In this document: in pieces, positions 59,797 through 64,000 of the stretch
Layout of the letters: each line of letters starts with the position of its first letter
Position numbering within the stretch: position 1 is the stretch's first letter
NCBI GenBank assembly: GCA_958295485.1
Contig: OY282354.1
Coordinates: forward strand, 2,679,944-2,743,943
Direction of reading: 5' to 3'
Source: an uncultured Gammaproteobacteria bacterium
Lineage (GTDB): Bacteria; Pseudomonadota; Gammaproteobacteria; Eutrophobiales; Eutrophobiaceae
Length of the DNA: 64,000 bases
Notes under the pieces: generated by a model
Databases searched by the model: none
What the model was told of the DNA's origin: nothing
What the model saw: the letters and a program-made list of their open reading frames with translations, nothing else
Program-made: the position numbers and the translations under genes

Positions 59797-60963
59797 TCAA
59801 AGGGACTTTATCAAAAGGCAAACCGTATCGACGATTTGATTCATCTCATCATCCGAGATGATCAACGGCGGCAACAACCGCACTACTCTCTTCGCGGCAA
59901 CGTTTATCAGCAAGCGTTGTTTCAGGGCCTGGCCGACCAGTTCAGTGCAGTCGCCGGCAAGTTCAATGCCGATCATTAATCCTTTACCGCGTATTTCCAC
60001 GACTTTATCAAGCCTCCCCAATTCATCCCCGAACCTTTTCAGCATGATTGTACCCAATTCGCCCGCCCGGCCGGCCAGTTTTTGCCTGGACATGCTCTCT
60101 ATTACAGCAAGCGCGGCAGCCGAGGCCAGGGGGTTGCCGCCGAAAGTTGAACCATGACTGCCCGGGACCATGATTTCTGCGACGGCTTCCGAGGCCAGAC
60201 AAGCGCCAATCGGCAAGCCGTTCCCCAAGGATTTCGCCAGGGTGACAACATCAGGCAGAATATTTTCATGTTGATACGCGAACCAGGCGCCGGTGCGGCA
60301 CATGCCTGTCTGGACTTCATCCAGCGCCAACAACCAACCGTTCTGATTGCAAATCTCTCGCAGGGCTTGCAGGTAACCGGGGGTGGGGACCACCACTCCA
60401 CCCTCGCCCTGTATGGGTTCAAGCATCACTGCGACGATTCGCTTGCGGACGTCGTCCAACTTGTCCAAGGCGTTGATATCGTCATAGGGAACGTGCCGAA
60501 ACCCGGCTAATAAAGGCGAAAATCCAGCCTGGATTGCAGGGTTCCCGGTCGCGCTCAGCGTGGACATGGTCCGCCCATGAAAACTGCCGTTCATTACAAC
60601 AATGACCGGGTCTTCCACCTGTTTATGGTGGGCGTACTTCCGGCATATTTTTATCGCGGTCTCATTGGCTTCGGCGCCCGAGTTACAGAAAAAAACTTTA
60701 TCCAGTCCGGAAATCCCGGTCAATCGGTCCGCCAGTTTCTCCTGTAACGGGATCCGATAAAGATTGGATGTATGGATTAATCGGCCGGCCTGTTTCGCTA
60801 TCACTCCGGCGATCTCAGGGTTGGCATGCCCCAGGCTACAGACTGCAACCCCACTCAATGCATCAAGGTATCGTTCGCCCCGTTGATCAACCAGCCATGC
60901 GCCATGACCCGATTCAAAACCGATATCCATGCGCTGGTAGGTAGACATGATTGATTCCGACAT
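59797..60963 (-). CDS. argD: Acetylornithine aminotransferase
   Basis: NSGAEANE, SFHGRT, EPIQGEGG, DEVQTG, AKSLG, HGSTFGGNP. Confidence 0.93.
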   Translation of the reverse strand: MSESIMSTYQRMDIGFESGHGAWLVDQRGERYLDALSGVAVCSLGHANPEIAGVIAKQAGRLIHTSNLYRIPLQEKLADRLTGISGLDKVFFCNSGAEANETAIKICRKYAHHKQVEDPVIVVMNGSFHGRTMSTLSATGNPAIQAGFSPLLAGFRHVPYDDINALDKLDDVRKRIVAVMLEPIQGEGGVVVPTPGYLQALREICNQNGWLLALDEVQTGMCRTGAWFAYQHENILPDVVTLAKSLGNGLPIGACLASEAVAEIMVPGSHGSTFGGNPLASAAALAVIESMSRQKLAGRAGELGTIMLKRFGDELGRLDKVVEIRGKGLMIGIELAGDCTELVGQALKQRLLINVAAKRVVRLLPPLIISDDEMNQIVDTVCLLIKSL

Positions 60964-61047
60964 AGTTTTAAAGAAATAACGGCAATTTGTGTCATGCCGG
61001 CGAATGCCTGCACCCGGTTAAACTACTTTCCTTGCAGCCACTCCCCT

Positions 61048-61127
61048 GCAGGGGCAAGCCCCCGTGCCTGCCCTGACGACACCTCGCGATCACCCGATAC
61101 AAGGCAACAACAGGGGGTTGCCCCTGC
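61048..61127. repeat. REPIN-like doublet (family A)
   Basis: gcaggggcaagcccccgtgcctgccc ... aggcaacaacagggggttgcccctgc. Confidence 0.7.
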
Positions 61128-61200
61128 GAATGACGCCTTGCAACCGCCCCCAAGCCCGGGCCGGGGGGCGCCTCTACCGTCCCCTGGCAAGAAATGCCGG

Positions 61201-61812
61201 TTAAAAAGGCAATCCGTGTCCATGCCCGACCATGCACATGAGCATGGGTATGGACAGGAAAGTATTGGTGCGTGAAGTCATGGCGGCGACCACCTTGGCC
61301 TTGGCCTTTTCTTCATCCGAGGCCTCGACGATGCCGAGGATCTTCTTCTGGTTCGGCCAGATTAACACCCAGACGTTAAACAGCATGATGGTGCCCAGCC
61401 ATGCGCCCACGCCGATAATGACCGCGCCCTTACCCAACATGAAGGCATTGGCAAAGCCGACACCCATTATTTCCAACGCCATTGCGCCGGTCAACCAGGT
61501 GAGTAAAGCGGCCCAGCGGAACCACAACAAAGCCAGGGGGGCTACGTATTTGCTGACCGCCGCCGGCCCCGGCCCGTCAGTGTCCGCCGTCGCCGCGGCA
61601 ACCGCGGGGGTCTGGACAAAATTGAAATAATACAGCAGGCCTATCCAGATAACCCCGAAAAAAACATGCAGCCAAACCGTTAACGACCACGCGTTGAGAG
61701 CGCCACCGGCCATGCTGTCAGGCAAGCGCATGTTAATCAAAATAGCTATCACCACTGCGGCAACGAAGCCCAAAACCAGTGTACCCGTAATAGATTTAAG
61801 TGGATTCATCAT
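61201..61812 (-). CDS. Membrane protein resembling the PuuD (urate hydroxylase) N-terminal domain, no cytochrome c domain
   Basis: WLHV..GVIWIGLLYYFNFVQ, WFRW.A..TW.TG, IM..NVW.LIWPNQKK, SR.NT.LS.P. Confidence 0.75.
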   Translation of the reverse strand: MMNPLKSITGTLVLGFVAAVVIAILINMRLPDSMAGGALNAWSLTVWLHVFFGVIWIGLLYYFNFVQTPAVAAATADTDGPGPAAVSKYVAPLALLWFRWAALLTWLTGAMALEIMGVGFANAFMLGKGAVIIGVGAWLGTIMLFNVWVLIWPNQKKILGIVEASDEEKAKAKVVAAMTSRTNTFLSIPMLMCMVGHGHGLPF

Positions 61813-61894
61813 TGTCTCCCATATATGCTCTGGTAGATTTTGGTTAAAATACAACGTCCCGGTGATTATACCTGAATTTAGTGCATGGTAATCA

Positions 61895-63421
61895 ATGAAT
61901 TCCATTGAAAGAAGTCTTTTTATCAACCGTATTCAGGCTGTATGCGCGGAAATGGGCGTCATCCTGCGACAAAGCGCCATTTCCCCCAATATCAAAGACC
62001 GTCTGGATTTCTCCTGCGCGCTGTTTGATGAGGCCGGCCGGTTATGCGCGCAGGCTGCGCATATCCCGGTGCACCTGGGCAGCATGGCTTACGCCATGGG
62101 CGATGTCATCTCGCAGGTTGAATGGCTGCCCGGCGATATGGTCATCCTCAATGACCCCTATTTAGGCGGCACCCACCTGCCTGACGTGACCTTGATCGCC
62201 CCTCTCTTTGAGCGGGACCGACTGGTCGGGTTCGTGGCAAACCGCGCTCATCATGCAGATATAGGCGGCAGCACGCCGGGCTCAATGCCCGTATCCGGTA
62301 CCCTGGCGGAGGAAGGCATCATCATCTCTCCTGTTAAAATCATCACGGATCATCAAATCAATGCCCCGGTCATCGATGGCATCAAGGGGCGACTACGCAC
62401 CCCTGACATCGGCCATGCGGATATTTTCGCCCAGGTCAGCGGAAATAAACGAGGCGACAAACTCATCCACGAATTAATAACAAAAATGGGGCTGGAGAAT
62501 TTCCAAAATGGCTTGACCGGGATACAAGATTATGCCGAACGCCTCGCGCTCACAGGCTTGCAAAAGATCCCTGACGGGACTTATCGCTTCACCGATGTAA
62601 TGGACAGCGACGGAATGGGCAACAGCGACATCCCCATAAAAGTAAAAATCACCGTCGGCGGCGGGCAGGTGGAGGTGGATTTTGCCGGGACGTCCGCGCA
62701 AGTGTCCGGCAACATCAACTGTCCCAAGTCAGTAACCGCTGCGGCTGTATATTATTGTTTCCATTGTTTGATGCCGGTGGAGACGCCTCCCTGCGCCGGC
62801 AGCCTTCGTTCAATCAAAATGGTTGTGCCGGAGCGGAGTCTGCTCAACGCCGTCTACCCGGCTGCGGTCGCCGCCGGCAACGTGGAAACGAGCACGCGCA
62901 TAGTGGACGTTATTTCAGGGGCGCTTGCCCAGGCCCTGCCTGAAATCATTCCGGCGGCAAGCCAGGGCAGCATGAACAACGTCACTTTCGGCAGCGATCA
63001 CTGGGATTACTACGAGACCATCGGCGGCGGCATGGGCGGCGGCGCGTCCTTTCCGGGCCTGGATGCAATCCATTCCCACATGACCAATACCTTGAACACC
63101 CCCATCGAAGTCATGGAAATGAATTATCCGGTCAGGGTCAACCGGTATTGCATCCGCAGGAATTCCGGCGGCGCCGGGCGGCATCCGGGCGGCAACGGCA
63201 TCATCCGCGAGTTCCATTTCAAAGAAAGCGCCCAGGTCACCCTGCTCACCGAACGACGCCACAACCCACCCTGGGGCATTGCCTCAGGCAAACCCGCAGC
63301 CACGGGCGGCAATTATCTCAACGACGATCCAATCGAGGCAAAAGTCAGCGTGCAGGCAAACCCCGGCGACCGGTTAAGGATTGAAACTCCCGGCGGGGGC
63401 GGCTGGGGAAAACCTGGATGA
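61895..63421 (+). CDS. Hydantoinase B/5-oxoprolinase subunit
   Basis: [41 protein letters not shown]. Confidence 0.92.
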   Translation: MNSIERSLFINRIQAVCAEMGVILRQSAISPNIKDRLDFSCALFDEAGRLCAQAAHIPVHLGSMAYAMGDVISQVEWLPGDMVILNDPYLGGTHLPDVTLIAPLFERDRLVGFVANRAHHADIGGSTPGSMPVSGTLAEEGIIISPVKIITDHQINAPVIDGIKGRLRTPDIGHADIFAQVSGNKRGDKLIHELITKMGLENFQNGLTGIQDYAERLALTGLQKIPDGTYRFTDVMDSDGMGNSDIPIKVKITVGGGQVEVDFAGTSAQVSGNINCPKSVTAAAVYYCFHCLMPVETPPCAGSLRSIKMVVPERSLLNAVYPAAVAAGNVETSTRIVDVISGALAQALPEIIPAASQGSMNNVTFGSDHWDYYETIGGGMGGGASFPGLDAIHSHMTNTLNTPIEVMEMNYPVRVNRYCIRRNSGGAGRHPGGNGIIREFHFKESAQVTLLTERRHNPPWGIASGKPAATGGNYLNDDPIEAKVSVQANPGDRLRIETPGGGGWGKPG

Positions 63422-63477
63422 GGGTGGCGGCAGGGATTATAATGGTGTAGACTGCAATTTTTTAACCGAGACTGTAA

Positions 63478-63801
63478 ATGAGCGAAATAATCGAGCAAAT
63501 AAAGAGTGTCATCTCAGAGAACCCCGTTATTTTATTCATGAAGGGAACGCCGGATTTTCCTCAATGCGGTTTTTCCATGCGGACGGTGCAGGCGTTGAAG
63601 GCCTGTGACGCGGAGTTTGTCTACGTGGATGTTCTGGCATCCCCGGAGGTGCGCAGTAATTTACCCCACGTTTCCAGCTGGCCGACGTTTCCCCAGGTGT
63701 TCGTCAACGGGGAGTTGATCGGTGGTTGCGATATCGTATTGGATATGTTCCAGAAAGGGGAGCTTAAAAACATCCTGGAAGAGGCAATGGCAGACGGCTA
63801 A
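63478..63801 (+). CDS. grxD: Monothiol glutaredoxin Grx4
   Basis: KGTP..PQCGFS, WPTFPQ, GGCDI. Confidence 0.95.
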   Translation: MSEIIEQIKSVISENPVILFMKGTPDFPQCGFSMRTVQALKACDAEFVYVDVLASPEVRSNLPHVSSWPTFPQVFVNGELIGGCDIVLDMFQKGELKNILEEAMADG

Positions 63802-64000
63802 GCTGTTTCCTTTTCACGTTCGATCAGGGCCAGCATCTTATGGTGGGCCGCCAGTTCGTCTTCGGTCGGCTCTATGACTTTAAGCCTGGTTTTCTTTCTG
63901 GCAAACCGGGGCTGGCTATCACCTGATTGAGGGCGCCTGTCAACTTCTTCATCCAGCAATAAACTCTCCTGGCCTCCGGTCATTGCCAGATAAACATCCA
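63798..64000 (-). CDS. dnaQ: DNA polymerase III epsilon subunit, C-terminal part only
   Basis: DVYLAMTGGQ.SL ... ELAAH..ML..I tail. Confidence 0.8.
   Translation of the reverse strand, partial: DVYLAMTGGQESLLLDEEVDRRPQSGDSQPRFARKKTRLKVIEPTEDELAAHHKMLALIEREKETA

Overview
Chromosomal window of a roughly 50%-GC Gammaproteobacterium; the phylum call rests on the gene orders surE-pcm-nlpD-rpoS, rpsP-rimM-trmD-rplS-xerD-dsbC, rimP-nusA-infB-rbfA-truB-rpsO-pnp and hldE-hldD-waaA. It is mostly housekeeping, with several accessory islets. The most notable locus is a lanthanide-type methanol dehydrogenase cluster (15.1-22.1 kb): xoxF with the WDYD motif, then a pseudoazurin where the cytochrome xoxG normally lies, then xoxJ, then a translationally coupled secreted protein carrying 55 tandem acidic pentapeptides (A-D-E-[A/V]-L), which is a candidate metal/lanthanide-binding protein. 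A SoxYZ-like carrier and a Cys-containing secreted protein lie beyond xoxF. Other items: a second PQQ enzyme with a non-canonical active site; a HindIII-like restriction-modification islet with decayed nuclease-like genes and a VapBC toxin-antitoxin pair; a two-hydrolase islet between tRNA-fMet and rimP; an AmmeMemoRadiSam locus (amrS divergent from fused amrB-amrA) with three 169-bp hairpin-containing tandem repeats between the genes; and three families of short dispersed repeats, some supplying stop codons to host genes. All calls come from reading motifs by eye; no database searches were run.
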